IMG/VR virus record: IMGVR_UViG_3300022602_000034 | Length of the DNA stretch: 32,918 nucleotides | Reading direction: 5' to 3' (one strand) | Source: an uncultured virus (IMG/VR IMGVR_UViG_3300022602_000034) | Taxonomy: Duplodnaviria; Heunggongvirae; Uroviricota; Caudoviricetes | Shown here: positions 1 through 8,682 of the stretch, piece by piece | Numbering within the stretch: the stretch's first letter is position 1 | Layout: the number at the start of each line of letters is the position of its first letter | Made by a program: the position numbers and the translations under genes | Notes under the pieces: model-generated | Databases searched by the model: none | What the model saw: only the letters and a program-made list of their open reading frames with translations | Told to the model about the DNA's origin: nothing

Positions 1-1
1 T

Positions 2-88
2 AGTTACTGGGTAGACAATACCGAAGTTGGTGAAATCATGTTGTGCAAAGATGAGTTTCTTACTATGTTTCTATTGAGGTGGACATGA
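2..88 (+). CDS. 3' end of a small hypothetical protein (F-x-L-R-W paralog family), truncated by the window edge
   Basis: Manual translation SYWVDNTEVGEIMLCKDEFLTMFLLRWT*; its TGA overlaps the next ATG (ATGA at 85-88). Confidence 0.75.
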   Translation, partial: SYWVDNTEVGEIMLCKDEFLTMFLLRWT

Positions 89-474
89 CACAATACGATC
101 CTAACACAGCCGCTAATGTAACGGCTACGGCACAGCAGATACTCATGCCCATGATTAAAAAATTTACACCCACATTACTGGCAATGGCACATAGTATCTT
201 GGGCGTACAACCTATGACTGGGTCTGTTGGTCAAATCTTTTCCATAGGAGCCAGCTACAAACCACAATCCAAATACAAATTCAGTCGTGCCAAGTGGTAC
301 GAAGCAGACCATCGCTACGAAGACTACGAGGAAGTTATAGCATGGTGTACTGAACATTTTGGCCCACGACCTCGTTATCCTGATGCATGGACACGCTGGG
401 CTGATATTCACATTGATAAAATTCGATTCCGTGACGAAAAAGATTATGCTTGGTTTGTATTACGCTGGTCATGA
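85..474 (+). CDS. Small protein: major capsid (gp23) Gol-like N-terminal segment fused to an F-x-L-R-W family domain
   Basis: ILMPMIKKFTPTLLAMAHSILGVQPMTGSVGQIF resembles the gp23 GVQPM region; C-terminus WCTEHFG...FRDEKDYAWFVLRWS. ATG 85 chosen from the ATGA coupling. Confidence 0.8.
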   Translation: MTQYDPNTAANVTATAQQILMPMIKKFTPTLLAMAHSILGVQPMTGSVGQIFSIGASYKPQSKYKFSRAKWYEADHRYEDYEEVIAWCTEHFGPRPRYPDAWTRWADIHIDKIRFRDEKDYAWFVLRWS

Positions 475-746
475 AATATAATCTCAATAGAAGCATAGGC
501 TGGAACTTAGATATGACCAACATGATAATAACACAACGAATTTATAATGGCGCTGATTGTTATAATTGGACTGAATATTTTGCTATCATTCCTAGACGAA
601 CCGTATCAGGTAAACTAGTATTCTGGCAAAAAGCATATAAGCGTAAGTTCTGGGCAGTGTGGGGTAATGGGTTTCATATGGAACCTGAAGTTGAATACGG
701 GACACTGTTTGATGTTTTGACACATCCCTGTGTCAACGCCCCATAA
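471..746 (+). CDS. Hypothetical protein
   Basis: ATGA overlap with the upstream stop; 91 aa, aromatic-rich; no family recognised. Confidence 0.7.
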   Translation: MKYNLNRSIGWNLDMTNMIITQRIYNGADCYNWTEYFAIIPRRTVSGKLVFWQKAYKRKFWAVWGNGFHMEPEVEYGTLFDVLTHPCVNAP

Positions 747-778
747 GGTTTGTGCGTTATTAGTATACAGGAGTAGAT

Positions 779-973
779 ATGACTTATTCTGAATGCCACA
801 ATAACGCACACTGGACGACCAAAACCGTTGGTCCTTTTTTGAGAAAAATGCATGATAAAGTTGAGAGGTGGTGCGATATCTATTTGGGCAACAATAACTA
901 TTGCAGCGACGGATACCATTATTCTTTCAAATATAAAAAGCATGCGGAAATGTTTGCTTTAAGATGGCTGTAA
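779..973 (+). CDS. Small hypothetical protein (F-x-L-R-W family)
   Basis: AGGAG SD upstream; WCDIYLG...FKYKKHAEMFALRWL. Confidence 0.75.
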   Translation: MTYSECHNNAHWTTKTVGPFLRKMHDKVERWCDIYLGNNNYCSDGYHYSFKYKKHAEMFALRWL

Positions 974-1206
974 CTATAAAATTACCAAAAGGATTAGAAC
1001 CAAAACAAGAACAGTGGCTTATTAAGAATATAGGCCCGAGACTCCATTACATGCACAACTCAATAGGTGGACAAGGTTGGATCGCAAAAAAACAAAAGGT
1101 TATAGTTCAGAATGAGGATGTAGGAACTCACAGTTCTGTAGTTCAATGGGATTTAACTTTCCAAGATGACAAGATGGCAACTTGGTTCACAATTATGTTT
1201 TCATAA
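964..1206 (+). CDS. Small hypothetical protein (F-x-L-R-W family)
   Basis: WLIKNIG...FQDDKMATWFTIMFS; overlaps both neighbours. Confidence 0.75.
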   Translation: MAVTIKLPKGLEPKQEQWLIKNIGPRLHYMHNSIGGQGWIAKKQKVIVQNEDVGTHSSVVQWDLTFQDDKMATWFTIMFS

Positions 1207-1424
1207 TGTTACAAGTTAGATTGATAGACAAGATGCCCAATGAGATTATGGACATTGTTAGAGAACTTAGACAACAGGGGTATACTCAAGGTACTGATTT
1301 TGATTTTGCGTACAATAAACCCAAATATGATGACTTGAGCCATGATGCAGTGTATAATAGACATACTGTGTTTACATTCTACAAAGAAGAATTAGCAACA
1401 TGGTTTAGTCTAAGGTATGAATAA
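1206..1424 (+). CDS. Small hypothetical protein (F-x-L-R-W family)
   Basis: TAATG coupling; ends FYKEELATWFSLRYE. Confidence 0.75.
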   Translation: MLQVRLIDKMPNEIMDIVRELRQQGYTQGTDFDFAYNKPKYDDLSHDAVYNRHTVFTFYKEELATWFSLRYE

Positions 1425-1705
1425 TGGCAATAGCAGGAATTGGTAATAGTACAGGTACATTTGCACCATTGCAACATGTAACTCAACCTGATCGCACCTC
1501 TTACGAAACAACTAGTCGTGGTCGTATTACTCATAAGATTGATTTGAATTATCAAAAGGTTGATCCAAATGATTATATCAAATGGTGTCGTAGAAATTTA
1601 GGTGAGCGCGGTATTGCTTGGGACTTCTGGTTAGCCGGAAACGTGTTATATATTGAAATCTGGGACGACAAGGCAAAGTTTATTTACGAAATGTGGAAGA
1701 ACTAA
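1424..1705 (+). CDS. Small hypothetical protein (divergent member of the same family)
   Basis: TAATG coupling; WCRRNLG...W...WDDKAKFIYEMWKN. Confidence 0.7.
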   Translation: MAIAGIGNSTGTFAPLQHVTQPDRTSYETTSRGRITHKIDLNYQKVDPNDYIKWCRRNLGERGIAWDFWLAGNVLYIEIWDDKAKFIYEMWKN

Positions 1706-2254
1706 ATGGCAGCGGACATTATGATTGACATTGAGAGTTTGTCAACAGACCCTTATTGTGTTATACTTACAATTGGTGCAGTGCGCTTTGATCCAAAAGG
1801 TACTGGCATCGCTGAGAGATTGGAACTCAGACCAACAATCGAAGAACAGACAGACACATACAATAGGATAATTGATGATGATACATTACGTTGGTGGGGT
1901 GAGCAGTCAGCAGCAGCCCAAGAAGAAGCATTGGGGGACAGAGATAGAATCTCATTTAAAGAATGCATGGAAAAGTTATATAGCTTCTGCTGGAATCGCC
2001 GTGCTGTGTGGAGTAACGGTGCTGCTTTTGACTGTGTGGTTATGGAAACAGCATGGAAGCAACTTGACATGCGAATCCCCTGGCCATTCTGGAGTGTGCG
2101 AGATACCCGTACTCTTTACGAAGTGGCTGGGGTCAAACTCAGAGACGGCGGGCATGTTACTTCTCACAAAGCAGTAGAAGATGCGGAACGACAAGCCATT
2201 GTTGTTCAACAAGCATATATGAAAATGATTAAAGCAGGATTAATGACACGATGA
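1706..2254 (+). CDS. DEDDh (DnaQ superfamily) 3'-5' exonuclease
   Basis: ExoI IMIDIESL, ExoII WSNGAAFD, RDTRT, ExoIII HKAVEDA. Confidence 0.9.
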   Translation: MAADIMIDIESLSTDPYCVILTIGAVRFDPKGTGIAERLELRPTIEEQTDTYNRIIDDDTLRWWGEQSAAAQEEALGDRDRISFKECMEKLYSFCWNRRAVWSNGAAFDCVVMETAWKQLDMRIPWPFWSVRDTRTLYEVAGVKLRDGGHVTSHKAVEDAERQAIVVQQAYMKMIKAGLMTR

Positions 2255-2835
2255 AATTTCAATCAGATATTGATATTGATTTTGGTGATAGAGATAAAAT
2301 CTTACAACACATCAAATATATCCCTGCTGCAATGCGTAAGATTCAACCTATGCGTAAACATTCAACAGGGGTACATATCACAGATGTTCCATATGATGCA
2401 ATCAATGACATGGCTAACATTGATTATAGTGATGCAGAGAAACGTGGATACTTTAAACTAGACTTATTGAATGTTCATATCTATAATCATGTTAAGGATG
2501 AACAACATTTAGAACGACTAATGCAGAATCCATTCTGGAGTAAACTAAATGACAAAACATTTGTTGAGAAGTTGATTCATTTAAGCAATCACTATAACTC
2601 TATTCAACGAATGCCTGAACCAATTGATAGTATTCCTAGACTAGCAATGTTTCTTGCTATCATTCGTCCAGGTAAGAAACACTTGATTGGATTACCTTGG
2701 CGTGAAGTAGCGAAAACTGTATGGGATAAAGATATTGATGGGTATGCATTCAAACGTTCTCATTCCTGTGCTTACGCATTATTAGTTGTTGTGCATATGA
2801 ATCTATTATGCGAACAGGAACTCAACGGCTTGTGA
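2251..2835 (+). CDS. dnaE: Miniature DNA polymerase III alpha (DnaE)-like catalytic core
   Basis: DnaE motifs in the correct order: SDIDIDF, KHSTGV, FKLDLL, IIRPG, YAFKRSHSCAY; only 194 aa and no PHP domain. Confidence 0.8.
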   Translation: MKFQSDIDIDFGDRDKILQHIKYIPAAMRKIQPMRKHSTGVHITDVPYDAINDMANIDYSDAEKRGYFKLDLLNVHIYNHVKDEQHLERLMQNPFWSKLNDKTFVEKLIHLSNHYNSIQRMPEPIDSIPRLAMFLAIIRPGKKHLIGLPWREVAKTVWDKDIDGYAFKRSHSCAYALLVVVHMNLLCEQELNGL

Positions 2836-2849
2836 TTTTTTAAAATAGG

Positions 2850-2857
2850 CATAAATA
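2850..2857 (+). promoter_or_regulatory. T4-late-like promoter CATAAATA
   Basis: Matches the recurring intergenic motif; ATG follows after 5 nt. Confidence 0.6.
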
Positions 2858-2862
2858 TTATT

Positions 2863-3528
2863 ATGCCTGCGTCAAAAAATTATAATAAAATTCAATATCC
2901 CAGAAAATGCGAACATTGTGATTATATGTCTAATAATCCGCAAATGTGGCATTATCATAAACAAACACACGAAGTTATAAAACAAGGACAGTTGTGTGAA
3001 CAAGGGTGCGGTAAGCCCGCTATGTTTAAAAACACCGGCGGAAGATATACATGTTGTAAAGTAACACAACATTGTGAAGCATACACAAAGATTCATTCCG
3101 ACCGAATCAAAGAGCAGTGGAAAAGACCTGAATCAGTGGAAAGAAAAATTAAAGCAACACATACTTTATTAAAAACTGCATGTACCCCTGAAGCAGTCAA
3201 TAAAATGAAAGAGACTAAGAGAAAAAAATCAGGTCTGTTAACACCCGAAGATGCTAAAAACTATAGACATTACGCAAGAGCAATAAGACAGCGGGCACAG
3301 ATATGGGCTAAAGAACAGGGTTTTCTATTAGGACAACAAACCTATCACGTGGATCATAAGTTTAGTATACTTGATTCTTGGCATGCAAATCTACCAGCTG
3401 AAATTGTAAATCATCCTGCGAATTTACAAATAATTGAAGCAAAAGAAAATACTAGCAAGGGAAGAAAGAGTAGCATTACCCTTGAAGAATTGAATAACTT
3501 AATTAAGGAAGCCGTTTTACCAGAGTAA
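2863..3528 (+). CDS. HNH endonuclease with N-terminal zinc fingers (homing-endonuclease-like)
   Basis: CEHC...HKQTH, CEQGC, and C-terminal HVDHKFS...NLQII...EN..KG. Confidence 0.8.
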   Translation: MPASKNYNKIQYPRKCEHCDYMSNNPQMWHYHKQTHEVIKQGQLCEQGCGKPAMFKNTGGRYTCCKVTQHCEAYTKIHSDRIKEQWKRPESVERKIKATHTLLKTACTPEAVNKMKETKRKKSGLLTPEDAKNYRHYARAIRQRAQIWAKEQGFLLGQQTYHVDHKFSILDSWHANLPAEIVNHPANLQIIEAKENTSKGRKSSITLEELNNLIKEAVLPE

Positions 3529-3880
3529 TTGATTTACGCTTACTCTTGCGTTTACCAAGTTCTAACATGCTACATGTGGGTCCGTGAATAACAGTTAGAC
3601 TTTTGTTATTGAACGTTCGTAAATAGGGTCTAAACTCGGCCCATTCATTCTTTAAGAACATATTAATGGGGATCAATCTATTTGATTCCCACCACCATTG
3701 ATCTCCGAGGTCTAGAAATTTTTGACGTAGTATTTGATCTACTATCGCACCGTAATCATATATAGTGGTAACAACATCATCACGATTTTGTACGATTCCT
3801 ACATAGTCTTGACCTGCATAGGAGCAAACGGTGATAAATGGATGATTTTCTGATAGTTTTTGAAAGAATTCGCTGTGCAT
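3503..3880 (-). CDS. Hypothetical phage protein
   Basis: Clean 125-aa ORF downstream of a minus-strand GATAAATA box. Confidence 0.75.
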   Translation of the reverse strand: MHSEFFQKLSENHPFITVCSYAGQDYVGIVQNRDDVVTTIYDYGAIVDQILRQKFLDLGDQWWWESNRLIPINMFLKNEWAEFRPYLRTFNNKSLTVIHGPTCSMLELGKRKSKRKSITLVKRLP

Positions 3881-3901
3881 CAAATAAAGTGACTCTAGGA
3901 T

Positions 3902-3948
3902 TATTTATCTGGGCAAATTTACCATTATATTTAATTTCTTACTAAATA
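3902..3948. promoter_or_regulatory. Divergent late promoter pair
   Basis: GATAAATA on the minus strand (3902-3909) and CTAAATA on the plus strand (3942-3948), between divergent genes. Confidence 0.6.
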
Positions 3949-3966
3949 CACTATAGGAGCCAGATC

Positions 3967-4713
3967 GTGTATTCAACAAGTGTTTATTCATATATACCAA
4001 GACAAATCGTAGTGATGATCTATGGCAACTCACCTAGGAGTTACAGTATCGTGTACGCAAAAAATTTAAGATTGCATAAGGGCGTGGATAACAGAATCCA
4101 GTTCAAATTCATTAACCAAGAACAAAAACCAGTAGATATCACCGATGCTGAGATTACCATGCGTATCCTTAACAATGATGGAACTCAGGTACTAATACAG
4201 AAAACATTAACTATTGTTTATGCATTAACCGGGCTAGCTGAACTTCAATTGTTATCATCAGAACTAGATAGTGTTGAATCACAAAAAGGATACTACTCAT
4301 TAGAAATCCCAACAAACAGTTTCAACGTGCCTGTGTTCTTAGACAATGACAGTTCAGCACGTGGTATTATTTGGATTGAGGATAGCGTATTACCAAAACA
4401 TATGCCTAGCATGGATGTTACTATTCCTTCACACCCTGTTCCACAAAACAACACAGTAACATTTACAAGTAGCACAGTTAGTACATCATACAATCCAAAA
4501 CTAACTTTGCAAGCATACTACAATAACTTTTCAGGTACCGTTCAGGTACAAGGATCAACTATACCAGACAATGACTGGTATAACATCAATGATCCAATCA
4601 CTTACATTAATCAAGCAAACACTGATTACTACCAGATAGAAGGATTTCATCCATATATCAGGGTACAATTCAATTGCACTCAGGGCGATGTGACTGACAT
4701 ATTGGCAAGATAA
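3967..4713 (+). CDS. Probable virion structural protein (beta-rich; BppU-N-like signature possible)
   Basis: AGGAG SD before GTG; LHKGVDNRIQFKFINQEQKPVDIT; late promoter upstream. Confidence 0.55.
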   Translation: MYSTSVYSYIPRQIVVMIYGNSPRSYSIVYAKNLRLHKGVDNRIQFKFINQEQKPVDITDAEITMRILNNDGTQVLIQKTLTIVYALTGLAELQLLSSELDSVESQKGYYSLEIPTNSFNVPVFLDNDSSARGIIWIEDSVLPKHMPSMDVTIPSHPVPQNNTVTFTSSTVSTSYNPKLTLQAYYNNFSGTVQVQGSTIPDNDWYNINDPITYINQANTDYYQIEGFHPYIRVQFNCTQGDVTDILAR

Positions 4714-4726
4714 AGTCCCAAGACTC

Positions 4727-4755
4727 TTGCATTCTGATACATACTGTAATATAAT
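4727..4755 (+). promoter_or_regulatory. Sigma70-like promoter for the primase-helicase genes
   Basis: TTGCAT (4727-4732), 17 nt, TATAAT (4750-4755); ATG follows after 6 nt. Confidence 0.7.
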
Positions 4756-4761
4756 TGTAGT

Positions 4762-5745
4762 ATGTTTGATATTACCTCTTTGATTCCCGGTAGAAAGAAA
4801 CAGACCCAAAGTGGTTGGATCAGTTTCAACGCTATCTGTTGTGGTCATAGAGGACATAAACCTGATCGTAGAAGTCGTGGTGGACTTAAACTTGAAGGTA
4901 ACAATTGGGTCATGCATTGCTTCAATTGTAGTTATAGTTGTAACTTCACACTTGGTAAACAAATCGGCCCTAAAACAAAACAATTTTTAAAATGGTGTGG
5001 GTGTGACGAGACACAGATACAACGTTGGAGCTTAGAAAGTCTACAACACAAAGATGCGTTAGACTTGATACAACCACAACACAAAAAAGCACTTAAGTTT
5101 CAAAACAAGGAACTACCTGAAAATAGTGAACGATTAGACAAGAATAACCAAAATCATCAATTGTTCATTAACTACTTAGATAATCGTAGTATTGACCTAA
5201 GTAAATATACATTCTATGTCACACCATATGATAAGGATAACATCCGAAATCAGCAACGCATTATCGTGCCCTATAACTACAAGAACAAACTTGTAGGCTT
5301 TACTAGTAGGTACATTGATGGAAGAATCCCCAAGTACATAAACGAACAACAACCAGGTTACGTTTTCAATATTGACCAGCAGAAATATGATTGGCAATAT
5401 TGCATCGTAACCGAAGGTATCTTTGATGCACTAGCTATTGACGGTGTCGCAGTCATGCATGATGATATCAATATAGATCAGGCTCAACTGATAGCACAAT
5501 TAAACAAAAGAATAATCGTAGTTCCAGACTTTGACAAGACTGGTCTCAAACTAATTGATAAAGCATTAGAATTGGGATACCATGTTAGCTTGCCTAACTG
5601 GGGCCCAGATGTAAAAGATGTGAATGATGCTGTAGTCAAGTACGGAAAATTACCTACTTTACTAGCGATACTTCAAAGTGCTACAATGAGCAAAATAAAA
5701 TTAGAAATGCAGAGGAAGAAAATTGGCAAACAAAACGGATTCTAA
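4762..5745 (+). CDS. gp61: DNA primase (T4 gp61-like)
   Basis: N-terminal Zn-binding CC...HCFNC; TOPRIM motifs VTEGIFDALA, PDFDKTG, KDVND. Confidence 0.92.
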   Translation: MFDITSLIPGRKKQTQSGWISFNAICCGHRGHKPDRRSRGGLKLEGNNWVMHCFNCSYSCNFTLGKQIGPKTKQFLKWCGCDETQIQRWSLESLQHKDALDLIQPQHKKALKFQNKELPENSERLDKNNQNHQLFINYLDNRSIDLSKYTFYVTPYDKDNIRNQQRIIVPYNYKNKLVGFTSRYIDGRIPKYINEQQPGYVFNIDQQKYDWQYCIVTEGIFDALAIDGVAVMHDDINIDQAQLIAQLNKRIIVVPDFDKTGLKLIDKALELGYHVSLPNWGPDVKDVNDAVVKYGKLPTLLAILQSATMSKIKLEMQRKKIGKQNGF

Positions 5746-7180
5746 ACAATTAGAATATACACCAGACGTACAGAAATTATTTTTGCGAATGATGTTAACC
5801 GACGCGGGTTTATATACTCGTGTTATGAACATTATGAACAGTGAGAACTTTGATAAAAGTCTACGACCAGTAGCAGAAATGTTTAAGGAACACACAGACA
5901 AGTATAAAGTACTTCCGGACAATAGTCAAATCAAGGCAATCACTGGTGTAGATATTGATCCTATTGAAGAATTAAGTGATGGTCATCACGAGTGGTTCTT
6001 TGATGCGTTTGAGGCATTCACAAAACGACAAGAATTAGAACGAGCAATTCTTAAAGCAGCCGATTTGTTGGAAAAGGGTGACTTTAGTCCGGTTGAGAAA
6101 CTAATCAAAGATGCAGTACAAATCAGTTTACAAAAAGACATGGGTACTGATTACTTTTATGATCCTAAAACTCGTATCAACAAATACTTTAACGCAGGTG
6201 GACAGGTAAGTACAGGCTGGCCACAAATGGATAAGATTCTTTATGGTGGTATGAGTCGCGGGGAATTGAATATCTTTGCAGGTGGTAGTGGTTCAGGTAA
6301 ATCGTTAGTCATGATGAACTTAGCATTGAACTGGCTACAACAGGGAATGAGCGGTGTCTATATCACATTAGAACTGTCAGAAGAACTAACTAGCTTACGT
6401 ACAGATGCCATGTTGACTAGCATGGGCACAAAAGATATTCGTAGGGATATTGATACAACTCATTTGAAAGTTAAGGCTGTTGGTAGAAATGCAGGTCAAT
6501 ATCGGGTTAAAGCACTGCCTGCACAAAGCAACGTTAACGATATCAGAGCATATTTGAAGGAAGTACAAATTCAAACAGGTATCAAAATTGACTTTGTAAT
6601 GGTTGACTATCTTGATTTAGTTATGCCGGTGTCAGTTAAAGTCAATCCCAACGATCAATTTATTAAGGACAAGTATGTTGCGGAAGAATTACGTAACTTA
6701 GCAAAAGAAATGAGTGTTTTATTGGTAACTGCAAGTCAGTTAAATCGTAGTGCAGTTGATGAAATTGAGTTTGACCACAGTCACATTGCAGGTGGTATCA
6801 GTAAAATTAACACAGCGGATAACGTGTTTGGTATCCTTACAAGTCGTAGTTTGCGTGAGCGTGGTAAATATCAAATGCAATGTATGAAAAGTCGTAGTAG
6901 TACAGGGGTTGGTCAAAAGATTGATTTGGACTATAATATTGAAACTATGCGAATTACTGACGAGGATCCTGATGGGTATGCTGAACAGCAAGCAAAATAT
7001 AAACCAAGTCCTAGCCCAAATGATATTATGAATCAATTAAAACCACATGCTACGTTGGTAAGCACAACCCCTGTAATTGACAATGACACAGGGGAAATAC
7101 TAGAACCTATTCAGAAAAAAGTAGTTGCGGATGTGCAGGGTTCAAAATTGCAAGCAATGTTGAAACAACTTAAAAAGTGA
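5723..7180 (+). CDS. gp41: DnaB-like replicative helicase (T4 gp41-like)
   Basis: Walker A GGSGSGKS, LELSE, Walker B VMVDYLD, TASQLNR, KSR. The TTG start is uncertain. Confidence 0.95.
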   Translation: MANKTDSKQLEYTPDVQKLFLRMMLTDAGLYTRVMNIMNSENFDKSLRPVAEMFKEHTDKYKVLPDNSQIKAITGVDIDPIEELSDGHHEWFFDAFEAFTKRQELERAILKAADLLEKGDFSPVEKLIKDAVQISLQKDMGTDYFYDPKTRINKYFNAGGQVSTGWPQMDKILYGGMSRGELNIFAGGSGSGKSLVMMNLALNWLQQGMSGVYITLELSEELTSLRTDAMLTSMGTKDIRRDIDTTHLKVKAVGRNAGQYRVKALPAQSNVNDIRAYLKEVQIQTGIKIDFVMVDYLDLVMPVSVKVNPNDQFIKDKYVAEELRNLAKEMSVLLVTASQLNRSAVDEIEFDHSHIAGGISKINTADNVFGILTSRSLRERGKYQMQCMKSRSSTGVGQKIDLDYNIETMRITDEDPDGYAEQQAKYKPSPSPNDIMNQLKPHATLVSTTPVIDNDTGEILEPIQKKVVADVQGSKLQAMLKQLKK

Positions 7181-7186
7181 TAAATA
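7179..7186 (+). promoter_or_regulatory. Late promoter GATAAATA
   Basis: Recurring motif, overlapping the helicase stop codon. Confidence 0.6.
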
Positions 7187-7206
7187 ATAATAGGAAATCT
7201 ATTTTT

Positions 7207-7470
7207 ATGCAAAAGAAAACCCGCAGCCTCTTGGAGGAATTAGAGTCTATTGGACAAAACCGTGACACTAAGCACATCATTGAGAGCCGAGCTAATAATA
7301 TCATTACCAGCGCAATTAATTTGTTAGAAATGATTAATAAGCATTATGATACTGAAAAAGCGGCTATATTAGAGCGTAAGTTGTTGAATGCAATTAAAGC
7401 CAGAGATACTGGTAGATTTTCAAAAAGTATTAGGAAAAACGATGAAGATCAACGAAGTGATTCTGAATGA
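7207..7470 (+). CDS. Hypothetical helical protein
   Basis: ATG downstream of the late box and AGGA; 87 aa. Confidence 0.7.
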   Translation: MQKKTRSLLEELESIGQNRDTKHIIESRANNIITSAINLLEMINKHYDTEKAAILERKLLNAIKARDTGRFSKSIRKNDEDQRSDSE

Positions 7471-8170
7471 GGGTGTAGCCGATTCTGATTGGTGGAAAAA
7501 GCAAGCCTATACTAAATTGGGTGGGTTAGGCGGAGATACCTTCAAATCCGCAGCAGTTAGGTCAAGTTTTATAGATAAGTTTGAAAATGACTTTGCACTA
7601 TATTCAAAATCCGCTCAAAAAGGCGGGAGAAGTGCTCCTCTTGTTGGAGATTATATAAAACAATATATCAACAAATACGAGTGGGAAGTCAATCCCCAAG
7701 AGTTGAAGGATATCATTGTCAGTAGCGGCAATGACGTAAATAAGGCTGCAAATAACATGTTTGCGTTAGCTCAACAACAAAAGCAACAATCTAAAGGCGG
7801 AGTATTAAATAGAAGCGCACAAGCTGCGGGTAATGTTAATTCTTTCGGCAATACAGGTGGGAATCCTGCAGTCAAACAAGTAATTAATGTCATTAATAAA
7901 ATGTCAAGTAAAACTGACGGTCCTTCACTTGAGCAGATTGCTAAAGCAGCGATGATGAAAATTTATAAATTGAGTAAAGCAGAATATGCTGAACTAAGGC
8001 AAGAAATTATTACCGGAAGAAGCACTACTCCTACTCAACAAGGAGGTTCAGGCGCATTTGGAAACATAGCATCTAATCTAACTAAACAGGGTGCAGCTCA
8101 AATGTCAGCAGACCATGATCGTCTTGCTACAGGTACTAACGAATCTATCCGTAAAACCAGAAAAATCTGA
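7442..8170 (+). CDS. Probable internal head protein
   Basis: AGGA SD; N-terminus MKINEVILNE resembles a capsid-targeting sequence. Confidence 0.55.
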   Translation: MKINEVILNEGVADSDWWKKQAYTKLGGLGGDTFKSAAVRSSFIDKFENDFALYSKSAQKGGRSAPLVGDYIKQYINKYEWEVNPQELKDIIVSSGNDVNKAANNMFALAQQQKQQSKGGVLNRSAQAAGNVNSFGNTGGNPAVKQVINVINKMSSKTDGPSLEQIAKAAMMKIYKLSKAEYAELRQEIITGRSTTPTQQGGSGAFGNIASNLTKQGAAQMSADHDRLATGTNESIRKTRKI

Positions 8171-8176
8171 AACAGG

Positions 8177-8205
8177 AATAAATAAAAGTAGAGTCTATAT
8201 GACTC
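8177..8205 (+). promoter_or_regulatory. Late promoter AATAAATA plus 5' hairpin
   Basis: AATAAATA at 8177-8184; GAGTC-tatat-GACTC at 8191-8205. Confidence 0.55.
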
Positions 8206-8229
8206 ACAAACTTTAAAAGGAAAAATATC

Positions 8230-8616
8230 ATGGCAGATCAAACAAAAGTCCACGGTGACTTTAAACCGGTAATGAACTTTGACACAGGTTCATACACAGT
8301 AGGTTCATTGAATGACGTTACTACAGGCGTAACCGTTCAACCACAAGGTCCAAAGTTAGACTTCTTCACTATCACTGGTGGCGCTAACTGTAACCTAGCT
8401 ACAACTTCTAACGTTGCAACAGCTATTCAAACTATCCAACAATTGGGTACAGTTTACTTGTACAATGTAAGCACAGCTTCAACAGGTACAATCACTATTG
8501 CTACATACCCAACAGGCGCTTATACAGCAGCAAGTTTGGCATTGGCAATCAACACAGCTATTGCTTCTAACGTTACTAACGGTAACGCAAGTGCATCTAC
8601 TGGCGCATCATTCTAA
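8230..8616 (+). CDS. Small Thr/Ala-rich probable virion protein
   Basis: AAAGGA SD, its own late promoter and terminator, Thr/Ala/Gly-rich. Confidence 0.65.
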   Translation: MADQTKVHGDFKPVMNFDTGSYTVGSLNDVTTGVTVQPQGPKLDFFTITGGANCNLATTSNVATAIQTIQQLGTVYLYNVSTASTGTITIATYPTGAYTAASLALAINTAIASNVTNGNASASTGASF

Positions 8617-8640
8617 TCTAAAACTTAGATTAATAAACAG

Positions 8641-8665
8641 GCCCGAGAATTTCTCGGGCTTTTTT
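8641..8665 (+). terminator. Rho-independent terminator
   Basis: GCCCGAGA-att-TCTCGGGC followed by T6. Confidence 0.85.
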
Positions 8666-8670
8666 ACCTC

Positions 8671-8678
8671 TATAAATA
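8671..8678 (+). promoter_or_regulatory. Late promoter TATAAATA (exact T4 late consensus)
   Basis: TATAAATA; ATG follows after 4 nt. Confidence 0.7.
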
Positions 8679-8682
8679 CTGT

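Noticed and set aside
2863..3528. Intron-encoded HNH splitting the DnaE-like gene
   Set aside because: No downstream DnaE exon or intron core is visible, and the HNH has its own promoter box, so it looks free-standing.
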